Virus record (IMG/VR): IMGVR_UViG_3300027785_001015
Span: 1 to 30,724 of that record
Source of the DNA: a virus
Lineage: Duplodnaviria > Caudoviricetes
DNA length: 30,724 nt
Direction: 5' to 3' (one strand)
This document shows, piece after piece, positions 1 to 9,227 of the stretch (the stretch's first letter is position 1; each line of letters starts with the position of its first letter). The notes below the pieces were generated by a model. That model was not told the origin of the DNA, did no database searches, and saw only the letters and a list, made by a program, of their open reading frames with translations. Both the position numbers and the translations under genes were made by a program.

Positions 1-354
1 CATGATGCCCATACCATAGCAAATTAACCCCATTGCAATGCGGAGGCATCTCGAGGTATTCATAAGGGTCAGGAATGACAGTAGCATCCCGCCCTAGCTC
101 TTTAATTCTTCTTGCCATCTCGGTGGTTGGACAGGTCACCGCATCCGCAAGGCGCAAAGCCTCTTGGTAGTGCATCCAATCAAAATGGTCATCACAAAAG
201 TCCACCACCACCCAAGCGCCTCGGGCTTTAGCTCTTGCCATCACCATTAGCTCATTGGCTTGCGGCTTGGCAAATATCAGCGTGTCAGCGGTTAGATCGT
301 TTTGGTTTGCCCAATCCCCCGCAGGTATCTTAGCTCGGTAGCGCCAGCTTGCCG
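1..354. repeat. Terminal overlap, copy 1 (diverged direct repeat of 30371-30724)
   Basis: Ungapped manual alignment to 30371-30724 gives ~40 mismatches in 354 nt, mostly at synonymous positions. Confidence 0.95.
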
Positions 355-1201
355 CATTCTTGTCGCCCCAATGAATAAATGATGTTCTGTCGTTTAGCTC
401 ACTTTTAACGTCAATAATGCCGCCAAGCTCCATCATGTTTTGTTCACGCTTTTTGATAATGGCTTGGATCAAACCATGCCCATGCCCATTGAATGTGGCA
501 TCAGGCAAATATTCGTAGTACGTTTGGAAGTGCTCGGCTTGCAACGCCATTGCTGTATTGCAATAAAAAATCTCGCCTTGTGGGTCAATCTTGACCTGAA
601 TTAGCTTGTCGCCATCTTTTAGCCCCTCGCCGTTAACTCTCAGCAGCTTGCCGTCATTGCATGAGTCAAACCCAAACAATTCAAACTGGCGGTAGCCAAG
701 GACGTAAAACAACGATATAGCCCTTAATCCCGAGGTTGTGCCCCCACCTATCAGCATGGAGTTTTTAGGGCGATCCTGCCCCTTTTTAACGTATGGATGC
801 CATAGCGTGACCTGATACCCATCTAGGTTGTCAAACATTGCTGGATGACATTGGCTTGCAATCATGTAATGCACAGACGGCTGCGGTTTGTAAAACGCTA
901 TTCTGTGCTCTTGTGGATCAATGGCTAATGCGTAATCAGGTATCACGCCGTTATCAATAAGCCAATCATGTGCGCCCTTGATTGCCACAATAGGCGACCC
1001 TGCCGCTTTCATCTTTTTAATAAGCTCTAACTGACCTTTGACACTTGGTGCGCTTGCCACCAACAGGATTGCGCTAGTCTTTATCGGTTGCGCTTCTTTT
1101 ACCTGTGGGTAACCTCTAGCAATCGCTGCATCCATATTGGCAAACAATGTCTCATCTTCAGCGACACATTTACCAGTAATTTTTAAAGGCAAAGAACTCA
1201 T
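1..1201 (-). CDS. Maf/DUF115 (MptE-like) domain fused to a GT-B glycosyltransferase domain; runs off the left end and continues at 30370-29940 if circularised (~543 aa)
   Basis: Translated by hand with no stop: MSSLPLKITG...ILLVASAPSV...IVAIKGAHDWLIDNGVIPDYALAIDP...YMIASQCHP...IGGGTTSGLRAISLFYVLGYRQFELFGFDSC, then ASWRYRAKIP...VVVDFCDDHF...ADAVTCPTTEMA...VIPDPYE...LLWYGHH. SD AAGGAGG lies upstream of ATG 1201. Confidence 0.85.
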   Translation of the reverse strand, partial: MSSLPLKITGKCVAEDETLFANMDAAIARGYPQVKEAQPIKTSAILLVASAPSVKGQLELIKKMKAAGSPIVAIKGAHDWLIDNGVIPDYALAIDPQEHRIAFYKPQPSVHYMIASQCHPAMFDNLDGYQVTLWHPYVKKGQDRPKNSMLIGGGTTSGLRAISLFYVLGYRQFELFGFDSCNDGKLLRVNGEGLKDGDKLIQVKIDPQGEIFYCNTAMALQAEHFQTYYEYLPDATFNGHGHGLIQAIIKKREQNMMELGGIIDVKSELNDRTSFIHWGDKNAASWRYRAKIPAGDWANQNDLTADTLIFAKPQANELMVMARAKARGAWVVVDFCDDHFDWMHYQEALRLADAVTCPTTEMARRIKELGRDATVIPDPYEYLEMPPHCNGVNLLWYGHH

Positions 1202-1202
1202 T

Positions 1203-1234
1203 AAAAAGACCCCTCCTTTTTTAAGGGAGAGGCC
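1203..1234 (-). terminator. Intrinsic terminator after the capsid/decoration genes, overlapping the SD of the next gene
   Basis: Minus strand reads GGCCTCTCCCTT-AAAA-AAGGAGGGGTC-TTTTT, immediately followed by aATG. Confidence 0.7.
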
Positions 1235-1240
1235 AATTTT

Positions 1241-1774
1241 TTACACAGGGTTAGAAGGCATCAAGCCTGCATTGTTGACCATACAGAATGGTGCTGATGC
1301 AGAAGTAGCCGAGGTGTTAGCCACGATACCTTGAATAAAGCCAGCCGACACGGTTGTGTCGTCCAACGCGCCAGGGGTTGCCGTGGTGTACAAAGGCACT
1401 TTAGGTTGGCAAGCAACCAGCAAGTTAACCTGCAACATACCGTTCAAGCCAACCCAGCCGTAGTAGCTAGAGGCAATCGCGGTTTGTGCAAAACCAACCA
1501 TGTTGTAACCCAAAGCCGCAGCATTTGTGGTGGTCACAGGCACAGCTCGCATAACAGGAGTGGGACTCGCTGAGTTTGCGTATGTGCTCATGATCACCGC
1601 ATCAAATGCGTTGATAGTGGATTCGGCGCGGACAAACATATACACGCCGTTGTTGGAGGTGTTCACCCGAGTACCAGGGGTAACAGGGAACAAAGTTGTT
1701 GAACCAGCAGAAGTGCTCGCATAAGTAGCGGTCAAATCAATACCAATTTTTCCATCGGTGACGTAATCAGCCAT
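1241..1774 (-). CDS. Probable capsid decoration/cement protein
   Basis: 177 aa, beta-rich and Ser/Thr-rich; lies directly after the MCP; AAGGAG SD; YGWV-type motif. Confidence 0.6.
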   Translation of the reverse strand: MADYVTDGKIGIDLTATYASTSAGSTTLFPVTPGTRVNTSNNGVYMFVRAESTINAFDAVIMSTYANSASPTPVMRAVPVTTTNAAALGYNMVGFAQTAIASSYYGWVGLNGMLQVNLLVACQPKVPLYTTATPGALDDTTVSAGFIQGIVANTSATSASAPFCMVNNAGLMPSNPV

Positions 1775-1785
1775 GATTTTGCTCC

Positions 1786-2766
1786 TTATTCAGTCATCAC
1801 GCCTTGGAACTGGAGTCCCGAGGCAGTCATATTGCCAGCCCAGCCGATCAAGCGCACGATGGCATCTTGGTTGGTGGACATACGCTCATCACCAATCGGA
1901 ACAAAGTTACGATTTGCGTGAGGACGGAAGAAAATGTACTTCGTGTTAAGGAAGTAACCAGTAGATGTCGGAATATTGCCGCCGATACCACCGTCAAGAA
2001 CAACGTCAGCGTTCATGTACTTGGAAGCAACAAAGCCAAGTTCAGCCATCTTGCTTGAGCCAGGGAAACGCTGAATGTTTTGCAGAGACGACATGAAGAA
2101 GCCCCACAAGTTGTTATCCAACAAAATCAAATCAACTACGTCAGAGCCGCGACTTGTCTTTGCATACAAACGGTTAAAACCAGTTTGGATGTTGGAGCTA
2201 GATGCAGAAGCGCCTAGATCGCCTGTAAAGTCGAAAGTCTGATTTTGCCAAAATGACCATGTTGCACGGTCAATACCACCGACCACACCTGTGGAGGGCG
2301 ATGCAACCACCATAGCTTGCAAACCTGTGATTTGCTTGCCGTTGTTGGCTGTACCGTCAGAGTAGATACCAGTAGAGATCAAGTTCTCAATGGATGCCTC
2401 GGCAACGTCCAAACGTGCGTCAAACAAATCGATGATCTGTTCTTCGCCGCTGTTTTGGAGCATTTCCAAACCATTAATAGTGACTGCTACGGCTGCCTGT
2501 TTAATCGGGAACTGAGCCGCGCTGATCACGTCCGCTGGGGAGATGTTCAGAACTTCAGCGCCTGAGTAGTACATGGCGGTTGAGTTTGCTTGGAATGACA
2601 ATTCTTGCAGAATGGTCGAACCACCTGTGAAAGGCTTGTAACGGCCTTTCTCGCGCAGGCGAGTCAGCAACGCATTGTTTTTGGTCACGTTATCGGCAAC
2701 GATGCCCGAGCGTGATTCAATGGTGGTTGCTAAAACGTCTGAGTAATTACTATTGGCGTATGCCAT
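1786..2766 (-). CDS. Major capsid protein (podovirus-type HK97 fold)
   Basis: 326 aa after the scaffold; N-terminus ATTIESRSGIVADNVTKNNALL and motifs YSDGT..KQITGL and GGIDR typical of podoviral MCPs. Confidence 0.85.
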   Translation of the reverse strand: MAYANSNYSDVLATTIESRSGIVADNVTKNNALLTRLREKGRYKPFTGGSTILQELSFQANSTAMYYSGAEVLNISPADVISAAQFPIKQAAVAVTINGLEMLQNSGEEQIIDLFDARLDVAEASIENLISTGIYSDGTANNGKQITGLQAMVVASPSTGVVGGIDRATWSFWQNQTFDFTGDLGASASSSNIQTGFNRLYAKTSRGSDVVDLILLDNNLWGFFMSSLQNIQRFPGSSKMAELGFVASKYMNADVVLDGGIGGNIPTSTGYFLNTKYIFFRPHANRNFVPIGDERMSTNQDAIVRLIGWAGNMTASGLQFQGVMTE

Positions 2767-2777
2767 GATTTACCCCT

Positions 2778-3842
2778 TTAAAAATTTGCTGACCGTAACG
2801 CATTTGCGATTACAGCTCGGCGGTCTGATTGACTGATTGGGCCTGAGATCGCGCCGCCTGGCGCACCTCTAACCTGCACAGCCGCTTGTTTTGCTTTCTG
2901 TACCTGATTCTGTGCGGCATAGCTTTGTTGCTGTTGAGCATATAAACTTTGTGCCAACTGTGGATCAAGTCTTACGGCGGTGTCATATGCGACCTGCAAT
3001 TTCTCGCGTTCCGACATATGACTAATGTCCCCTAGAACCTGCGGCGCTTGGAGAAGCGACAACATACGGTCTTGGACTGCCTCAAAGTGTGCGTTTGCGG
3101 GGTCGCTCGCAAACTGCTGGATTACAGAGAGTGCTCTGTTTTCATTCTGTTTCTGCGCTTCATACTGGCTCTGCGTGATGTGTGCCGTGAGCTGCTGTAC
3201 TTGTTGCGCTAATTGATTGTAGTGCGAATCCTGCTGTTGTGGTGGTGCTTCGCCGCCAAAGTAAGCCGCCACTTGCTCCAAAGGGATTTGGAACTGCTGA
3301 ATCATCTGAGCCACCGCTTGGGACTTCTGTTGCGGTGTGCCTGTTCTCAGCAATGCCGCCGTCTGTAGCAATGGTGCAATTGCCTGCGCTGGCGTGGTGT
3401 TCTCATTACGCAGAATCCACTCATAGGGCGCAAACTGTTCGGTAATGGCGCGAGCCTCAGCATCCCTTTGTTTGTATGTGCTAATGCCCTTTTCGTAATC
3501 GGCATCTCGCTGTGCAAAGGCTTGCTGTAGTTCGGCTGGCGCTTTTTCCCAATGTTCTTTCAGCTCAAGGCGCAGGCTTTTGGGCATCTCAGCTCTAGGC
3601 TTTTCTGCCATCTGAGGCGCTTGAGTCTCTGCGGTTGGGAACTTAGGTGCAAACTTACCGCCCTCTCGGGGCTGGCTTGCGGCGTGTTTGCCACGGTTTG
3701 TCGATGTCTTGGTTAACGCCTCGCGGATCGTATCGGCTCGGCTTTGCGGCTCTGCTGGCGCTGATTGAGGCGCTTCTACCGCTGGGGTTTCGGGTGCTGG
3801 TGTTTCTACTGTGTCGGGTGCGACAACTTCGTTTTCCATCAC
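2778..3842 (-). CDS. Capsid scaffolding protein
   Basis: Pro/Glu-rich disordered N-terminus and Gln/Ala helical body, immediately upstream of the MCP. Confidence 0.7.
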   Translation of the reverse strand: MMENEVVAPDTVETPAPETPAVEAPQSAPAEPQSRADTIREALTKTSTNRGKHAASQPREGGKFAPKFPTAETQAPQMAEKPRAEMPKSLRLELKEHWEKAPAELQQAFAQRDADYEKGISTYKQRDAEARAITEQFAPYEWILRNENTTPAQAIAPLLQTAALLRTGTPQQKSQAVAQMIQQFQIPLEQVAAYFGGEAPPQQQDSHYNQLAQQVQQLTAHITQSQYEAQKQNENRALSVIQQFASDPANAHFEAVQDRMLSLLQAPQVLGDISHMSEREKLQVAYDTAVRLDPQLAQSLYAQQQQSYAAQNQVQKAKQAAVQVRGAPGGAISGPISQSDRRAVIANALRSANF

Positions 3843-4261
3843 TTCATCCTTTTCATTTGTTCCAAAGTCATTTTGATCATCTCCTTGCGCTCGGGCATGG
3901 GACGGTTGTGTAGGCGGTTAGCCATCTCTACGTTGAGGTTAGACATCTTAACAGGAGCTATCGGTGCGCCTGGTCGATCAAACTCTTGCACCATTTGCAC
4001 TTGACCACGCAATCGGTCTCGGTGCGCCTCTTTCTTTTTGTTCCATTCGGCTTGAGCATATTTAACGTCAGAGTGCCCCATCTCGATTGAATCGGTGCGC
4101 TTGAGGTGGTCACGCCATTGCTTGCGACCCTCAATCATCACGCCGTCAGGTGACATAAATGGTGCAATATCACCCATAACCGTTGTGTATTCAGCAGAGT
4201 GACCCGCTGTTTTTTCGTATGGCTCGCTGCCATCTGATGGGAAAACCCAAGTTCTTCTCAC
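3839..4261 (-). CDS. Conserved phage head-region protein
   Basis: 140 aa with DIAPFMSPDGVMIEGRKQWRDHLKR motif; start and stop overlap both neighbours. Confidence 0.6.
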   Translation of the reverse strand: MRRTWVFPSDGSEPYEKTAGHSAEYTTVMGDIAPFMSPDGVMIEGRKQWRDHLKRTDSIEMGHSDVKYAQAEWNKKKEAHRDRLRGQVQMVQEFDRPGAPIAPVKMSNLNVEMANRLHNRPMPERKEMIKMTLEQMKRMK

Positions 4262-4623
4262 ATTAGCTCCAAGATCATTGCTACATCTTCTTCATCACGT
4301 TTTAGCTTAACACGAACTTCTAGGTCTTTGACCCTTTGCATTAACAAATCATAATCAATTTGTTTTCTGACCGCAACCTCTATTGTTTGTTGTGGTGCAG
4401 AGGTAATCTCTTCCCTTACTTCGGGCGGCAAACCAAACAGCGCCTCTTGTAGTTTTAGCTTACGTTGCGCCTCTAGCTTTCGGTCTTTAGCCCATTGCTC
4501 ATCGCGCTTTTTTTCGTCAAAGCCAAAGTGACCGCCAAGCAATATTTCAGCAGGAGGTGGTGGTGGAGCGGCATCGCCAATTGTGCTAAATGGTAGCTGT
4601 GCAAAGGCTGATATGCCAAACAT
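4258..4623 (-). CDS. Hypothetical protein (MFGISAFAQLPFS N-terminus, poly-Pro linker, coiled coil)
   Basis: 121 aa ORF, coupled to its neighbours. Confidence 0.6.
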   Translation of the reverse strand: MFGISAFAQLPFSTIGDAAPPPPPAEILLGGHFGFDEKKRDEQWAKDRKLEAQRKLKLQEALFGLPPEVREEITSAPQQTIEVAVRKQIDYDLLMQRVKDLEVRVKLKRDEEDVAMILELM

Positions 4624-5336
4624 TACTCACCCCACTTGGCGGCTAATCCATCGGCATAGGTTTTATTGACAATGTCTGTACCGCCTGACGGTGCTGTGGA
4701 TATTGTGCCAGTAGTTGCGGCTACATTGACAAACGTGCCGTTTTTAGGGGTAACGCCACCAATGACCAAGTTATCCAATGTGCCTGCATTTGTTGGCGCT
4801 ATCTCAACCGAACCTGTACCTGTGGGCTTCATGTGGACATGACCTGTACCTGTTGGGCTAATGTCTACTTGAGCGTTTGCGCCATTTATGTTGGTTGAGA
4901 CGCTTAATGTTAGGTTATCACCACCGCCACCGCCCATGCTCAATTGGGTTGTGCCTGCCGAGTTTTTAAGGGATAAACCTGCCGAATTGGTTGCTTGGAC
5001 TGTAGGCGATGTGACCTTGGTAAACGTGACATCTGTGCCGCTTGTAACCGCCACGCTTGCTGGTAAGGTGACAAATACGTCTTTTGTGCCAGCCGCAAGA
5101 TCCAGTTTTGAGCCTGTGGATGAAGAAATTACGGTTGTTCTAGCCAGCGTACCGCTAGAGTAAGTCCCAATCCCGACCTCCCATTGAGCGCCGCCTGAGA
5201 TTGTGTAATAGGTCGTGTTACCGTTACCAATCGCCGTAAATGACTGAAACCCCTCAACCGAGCCATTTAGCGTGATCGTCCCTGTACCTGTTGAGGTGGT
5301 GGTTTGTCTAACCCGATCAGCTAAGACAAGGCTCAT
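4623..5336 (-). CDS. Fibre-like virion structural protein
   Basis: LADRVRQTTTSTGTGTITL...WEVGIGTY...AGTKDVFVTLPA N-domain; Thr/Gly/Ser-rich beta strands; C-terminal VNKTYAD fibre motif. Confidence 0.6.
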   Translation of the reverse strand: MSLVLADRVRQTTTSTGTGTITLNGSVEGFQSFTAIGNGNTTYYTISGGAQWEVGIGTYSSGTLARTTVISSSTGSKLDLAAGTKDVFVTLPASVAVTSGTDVTFTKVTSPTVQATNSAGLSLKNSAGTTQLSMGGGGGDNLTLSVSTNINGANAQVDISPTGTGHVHMKPTGTGSVEIAPTNAGTLDNLVIGGVTPKNGTFVNVAATTGTISTAPSGGTDIVNKTYADGLAAKWGE

Positions 5337-7633
5337 GCTGTCTCCACGCCTATTACTAAGCCATCAGCACCCCTGATAACTTTCTTGGGTGCGTTAAGCC
5401 TTTGCATGGCAGCGCCAATGTTTTGCATAGACTCACCATGTAGGTTTGCCATGTTGTCGTGCAAGGCGGTTATTTTGTCCATTGCCTGAACAATTGTGCC
5501 GCCCAGCTCGTTGGTTATTTGTGCAGCCGCTGCTTCAACAACTGGTAAATCGACACCAGGGTTGCTACCAATCCTTGCCACCATGATCTTAGTCGCTGCG
5601 TCAAGTTCTGCTTTCCATCGCTCATATTCTTCCTTTCCAGCCATTTCTCGGGCTTTAATTTGGAGTTCATTGTTTTGCTTAGCGGCTTCAAAGTCCGCTT
5701 TCATTTGCGCCAATTGCATATCTGCTTGCGCTTTTGCCTGTTGCATCTGCATATCAAGTTGTGCCTGTGCTTGCGCCAATTGTGCGTCTGCTTGCATCTT
5801 CATTTGTTCAGACTGCGCTTGTGCTTGCATTCGCATCTGTTCGGCTTGCTGTTCGGCTTGCATTTGTAGCATCTCGGGCGGTGGGCCTGCTGGTTGTTGT
5901 TTAGCTTGATCCGCTTTGTCTTGCAGGGCTTTCATTGCCCTTTCAACCGCGCTCTCTAACCCGCGACCAGCTCTGAATCGGCGCACCAAGAATAACAACA
6001 TCTCAGAGGCCATAGGCAAGGTCTCGGGCGCTTGGCTAATCATAGGAATCGCCTCACGCAAGAATAAGCCAATAGCTTGGATTGCCTCTTGTGCGCCTTG
6101 CTTTTCAGCCTGCTCGTCAATCTGCGCCAAGCTGTCAGCCTCTACCGCAATATGGAAGTCACGAATGGTGCTGTCTGACAACATCTGCAACGCCGCTTGC
6201 AATTTTTGCGGGTCTTGACCATCGGGCGTGTTCATCACACCTGACATCTGAACAATCAGCTCGGGCGGGTAAAACTTACAGATAACTTGCGCTTTGAGCT
6301 TAAAGATGTCGGTGGCAAACTTAGCCACATCACCCTGAGAACTCTTTAACCGCAAGCTGCCAAAGTTAGCCTTAAGCTGTTGAGCACCAAGGGTTTCTTG
6401 GGCTTTAGACGATCCACGTAGGATGTCCGATATGCCCATAATTTCATAGATGCTCTGCTTAACTTGCTCTCTTGCGGCATACAACTCTCGCAAGGTCACA
6501 ATGATCTGCGAGGTGTCCATCATGTCGATAGCGCCTTTTAAGCCGCCCTTTTCCGACATTGCCGCCCAACCAGTTACAGGGAACAACTTGTTGTCCACGC
6601 CCTCGCTAAACATCCGCGCCAGCTCTTTAAACTCAGCATTAAACACACCTACCGCTTTACAAGCCTTAGTCAGCAGGTAGATACGTTGGGTTAAGTTATC
6701 TAGCTCTTGCGCTTGATCCTCGTACTCGCAGTAATCGGGTACAGGGATCATCGTGCCTGTGGTGGTGGTTGCCATCAACGGCTTGGGGCATGGGAAGAAC
6801 TCATCAAGCTCTAGCGGGTCATCCCTTTCATCTAGCGCCTGTGGATAACCTTTGGCAATCCAGCAAACCTTACCTGTGCGCTTGTTCCAAATCTCATAGA
6901 CCATCGCCTTTTTGTCGTAAGTCATCTTGGCGGTTAATGGATTCTTGCCATCCATGTCGGTGTTTTGGCTAGTTAGGCTGACGTTCTTGAATACGTCACC
7001 AAAGCGCTCTACGCCCTCTTCCTTGGTCATGTAGACCGCCCGAGCTACCCACCAAACCTCATCCCATGTGCGAGCTGGTGAATGCAAGAAGTCCGACCAG
7101 TAGACGTAATCAATAGGGCTGTGAGCTGCATCAATGCGCTCTGTCGGCTCTTCCACAGAGCTGTAGACTTGCGATTCTTCTCGCTCCATCTCACCCTCAA
7201 CCTCGGGATTGTCATTAACAATCACAGGCTCATAACGAATCCATGCCGTACCGCGACCAGGCAACAATCTGTCCTGCACCGCGCCACTCATTGCCGCATC
7301 AAAGTCCCCAAATTGGGTAGTCTCGTACTCCATAACACGCTCAAGCATGGTGGATGCAAGGCGACCTACAGGGTCTTGATCCATGTAGCGGCGTGACACC
7401 TCGGGCTTGGCTTGTCTGCCATACAAAGCAGGAAACAGCACTTGGATGTTTGACCAAAGGATATTGAACTTCATCCTTGGCATCTCTATCGCATCACGCT
7501 CGTCCCTATACCGCTTGACAACCTTTAAGCCGCGCTTTTCCCACTTATCAAATACCTTAATGGCGGTCTCAATTTGGTCATGCCAGTACGGGCCTGGGTC
7601 TTCGCCCTCGTATGCGCCGTTTTCTTCGTACAT
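5333..7633 (-). CDS. Portal protein (P22-like, long C-terminal coiled coil)
   Basis: ~766 aa after the terminase; FNILWSN, IYEIMGISDILRG and ETLGAQQLKANFGSLRL motifs; Gln/Ala/Met-rich tail. Start at ATG 7633 (TTG 7639 is an alternative). Confidence 0.85.
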   Translation of the reverse strand: MYEENGAYEGEDPGPYWHDQIETAIKVFDKWEKRGLKVVKRYRDERDAIEMPRMKFNILWSNIQVLFPALYGRQAKPEVSRRYMDQDPVGRLASTMLERVMEYETTQFGDFDAAMSGAVQDRLLPGRGTAWIRYEPVIVNDNPEVEGEMEREESQVYSSVEEPTERIDAAHSPIDYVYWSDFLHSPARTWDEVWWVARAVYMTKEEGVERFGDVFKNVSLTSQNTDMDGKNPLTAKMTYDKKAMVYEIWNKRTGKVCWIAKGYPQALDERDDPLELDEFFPCPKPLMATTTTGTMIPVPDYCEYEDQAQELDNLTQRIYLLTKACKAVGVFNAEFKELARMFSEGVDNKLFPVTGWAAMSEKGGLKGAIDMMDTSQIIVTLRELYAAREQVKQSIYEIMGISDILRGSSKAQETLGAQQLKANFGSLRLKSSQGDVAKFATDIFKLKAQVICKFYPPELIVQMSGVMNTPDGQDPQKLQAALQMLSDSTIRDFHIAVEADSLAQIDEQAEKQGAQEAIQAIGLFLREAIPMISQAPETLPMASEMLLFLVRRFRAGRGLESAVERAMKALQDKADQAKQQPAGPPPEMLQMQAEQQAEQMRMQAQAQSEQMKMQADAQLAQAQAQLDMQMQQAKAQADMQLAQMKADFEAAKQNNELQIKAREMAGKEEYERWKAELDAATKIMVARIGSNPGVDLPVVEAAAAQITNELGGTIVQAMDKITALHDNMANLHGESMQNIGAAMQRLNAPKKVIRGADGLVIGVETA

Positions 7634-7635
7634 GA

Positions 7636-7911
7636 TCAATTACCGCTAGAGAAGAAGAACGTCACATCTAATGTGCTGCCAATGGTTGCGTGTAGGCTAG
7701 ACCCCACGTTGGCAGGGAATCGGTGAAACCCAACCGCAGGCGTAATCGTGCCACTCATTACAGTACCGCTAGAGCCACCGTCTTTAAGCACCAATGTGCC
7801 TGAACTTGTGCTGTTAACGTAAAAACCAATCAACTGGCATGGGCCTGTTGTGACTGCGCCTGTGGCGGTGATGTTTTTGTATGCACCGACTTCTGCTACT
7901 GGCTGGCTCAT
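7636..7911 (-). CDS. Small beta-rich virion-associated protein
   Basis: 91 aa, Gly/Thr/Ser-rich, between terminase and portal. Confidence 0.55.
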   Translation of the reverse strand: MSQPVAEVGAYKNITATGAVTTGPCQLIGFYVNSTSSGTLVLKDGGSSGTVMSGTITPAVGFHRFPANVGSSLHATIGSTLDVTFFFSSGN

Positions 7912-9227
7912 ATTCGCTCCTCTTTATGTTGCATCTCATATTCCCACAGCTCATCAAGTGTGATGGTTTGCAGGGTCTTGCCCTTGGGCGGTGTTTGATC
8001 TTTTGCCTCTTGTCGATAGGCTACTGCCAACATTCTAAACGCATCTGCGGGGTGTGAGCACCAATCGTGGCGCGGAGTTTGACGAAAAGTTTTCTTATCT
8101 TCATCATATTCCCGCTGATATTGCCTTAACGCTTCTAACCCCTCATCGCATCTGAAGTCAAAATAACAGTTTGGCAGGATCATCCTCACCGCTTGGATGC
8201 CGTCTTGTATACCTATCTCAGGCACTATTGCCAACTTACTTAAGCCGCCAAGGTGTGCCGCCAACTGTTCAATGATTGACTTGCCGCCCGATGCCAACGT
8301 CTTTGCCCTTGCGTCATGCGGTAGAAAATGGCGGGTGTATCGGTATCCTTTGGCGTTAACTACGTCTGCCAACTGCTCAATGCTTGCCCCTGAGACGGCG
8401 TAATAGTCCATCACCCTAATCTCGCCCCTGACCACTTGCCACCACCAAATGGCGGTGTCGTCCCGATAACCTAAATCCCATGATGTCATTACATTTGCTT
8501 CAGGCTCGAAAGGTAGCTCTCTAATCCTGCCCTCATCTTGAGCTTGGCGCATCTCTTGACCGTAAAACGCCCCAAGAATAGCGGCATCAAAACTGCATTC
8601 ATACTCTTGGTCGTATTGGTCTTGGCTTAACTGAGACCTTGCCGCTTGCAATTCTGAGTCAGGCAATAGCTTGGACACGGATGCAGGCAGCCTTAACAGA
8701 AACCAATCAGGCACTACCTGGCTGACCTTATAAATGTCATGGAACTGGTTTTTGCCCTTGGGTGTACCCCCAAACACAGCCCAGCCCATAGTGCTAGACA
8801 AAGTAGGTCTTACCACATTACCCCACACACTAGGCTTAAAGTCGCCGTATTCATCAAGATACACGCCGTTAAATCCCATGCCCCGCATTGCGTCCGCATT
8901 GTCCGAGCCAAACAGCATGATCTTTGCACCGTTCACCAGCTCCACCGACAGATCGGATTCATTGGTGGCTTTAGTTACTGGTGCGGCATAGAACTTGAGG
9001 TAATCCCATGCCACCCGCTTGGCTTGGCTACGAAATGGTGCAATGTAGGCATATTGGGCTGACCTGTTGCCCTCGGTGATGGCTCGCTTGATCAAGTCAT
9101 TAATTGCCGCTACGGTCTTACCAGCTCTACGGTGGGCAACCAAACAAGACCAGCGCTCGGTGCGCTCATGGAATGGCATGAATGCCGCCCTTGGGCTGTA
9201 GGGCAAGATTACTTCACGCCGCCCCAT
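7908..9227 (-). CDS. terL: Terminase large subunit
   Basis: Walker A AHRRAGKT, Walker B VYLDEYG, GTPKGKN, and nuclease motifs SWDLG and SHPADAFR. Confidence 0.95.
   Translation of the reverse strand: MGRREVILPYSPRAAFMPFHERTERWSCLVAHRRAGKTVAAINDLIKRAITEGNRSAQYAYIAPFRSQAKRVAWDYLKFYAAPVTKATNESDLSVELVNGAKIMLFGSDNADAMRGMGFNGVYLDEYGDFKPSVWGNVVRPTLSSTMGWAVFGGTPKGKNQFHDIYKVSQVVPDWFLLRLPASVSKLLPDSELQAARSQLSQDQYDQEYECSFDAAILGAFYGQEMRQAQDEGRIRELPFEPEANVMTSWDLGYRDDTAIWWWQVVRGEIRVMDYYAVSGASIEQLADVVNAKGYRYTRHFLPHDARAKTLASGGKSIIEQLAAHLGGLSKLAIVPEIGIQDGIQAVRMILPNCYFDFRCDEGLEALRQYQREYDEDKKTFRQTPRHDWCSHPADAFRMLAVAYRQEAKDQTPPKGKTLQTITLDELWEYEMQHKEERI

Noticed and set aside
1-1201. Folate/pterin auxiliary metabolic gene (MptE)
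   Set aside because: DUF115 covers both MptE and Maf. Fusion to a GT-B domain and the methyltransferase neighbour favour glycosylation, though this is not proven.
5660-5900. Repeat-like tgc/ttg-rich DNA and Cys/Ala-rich + strand ORFs
   Set aside because: This is the antisense shadow of the Gln/Ala/Met coiled coil of the portal C-terminus.
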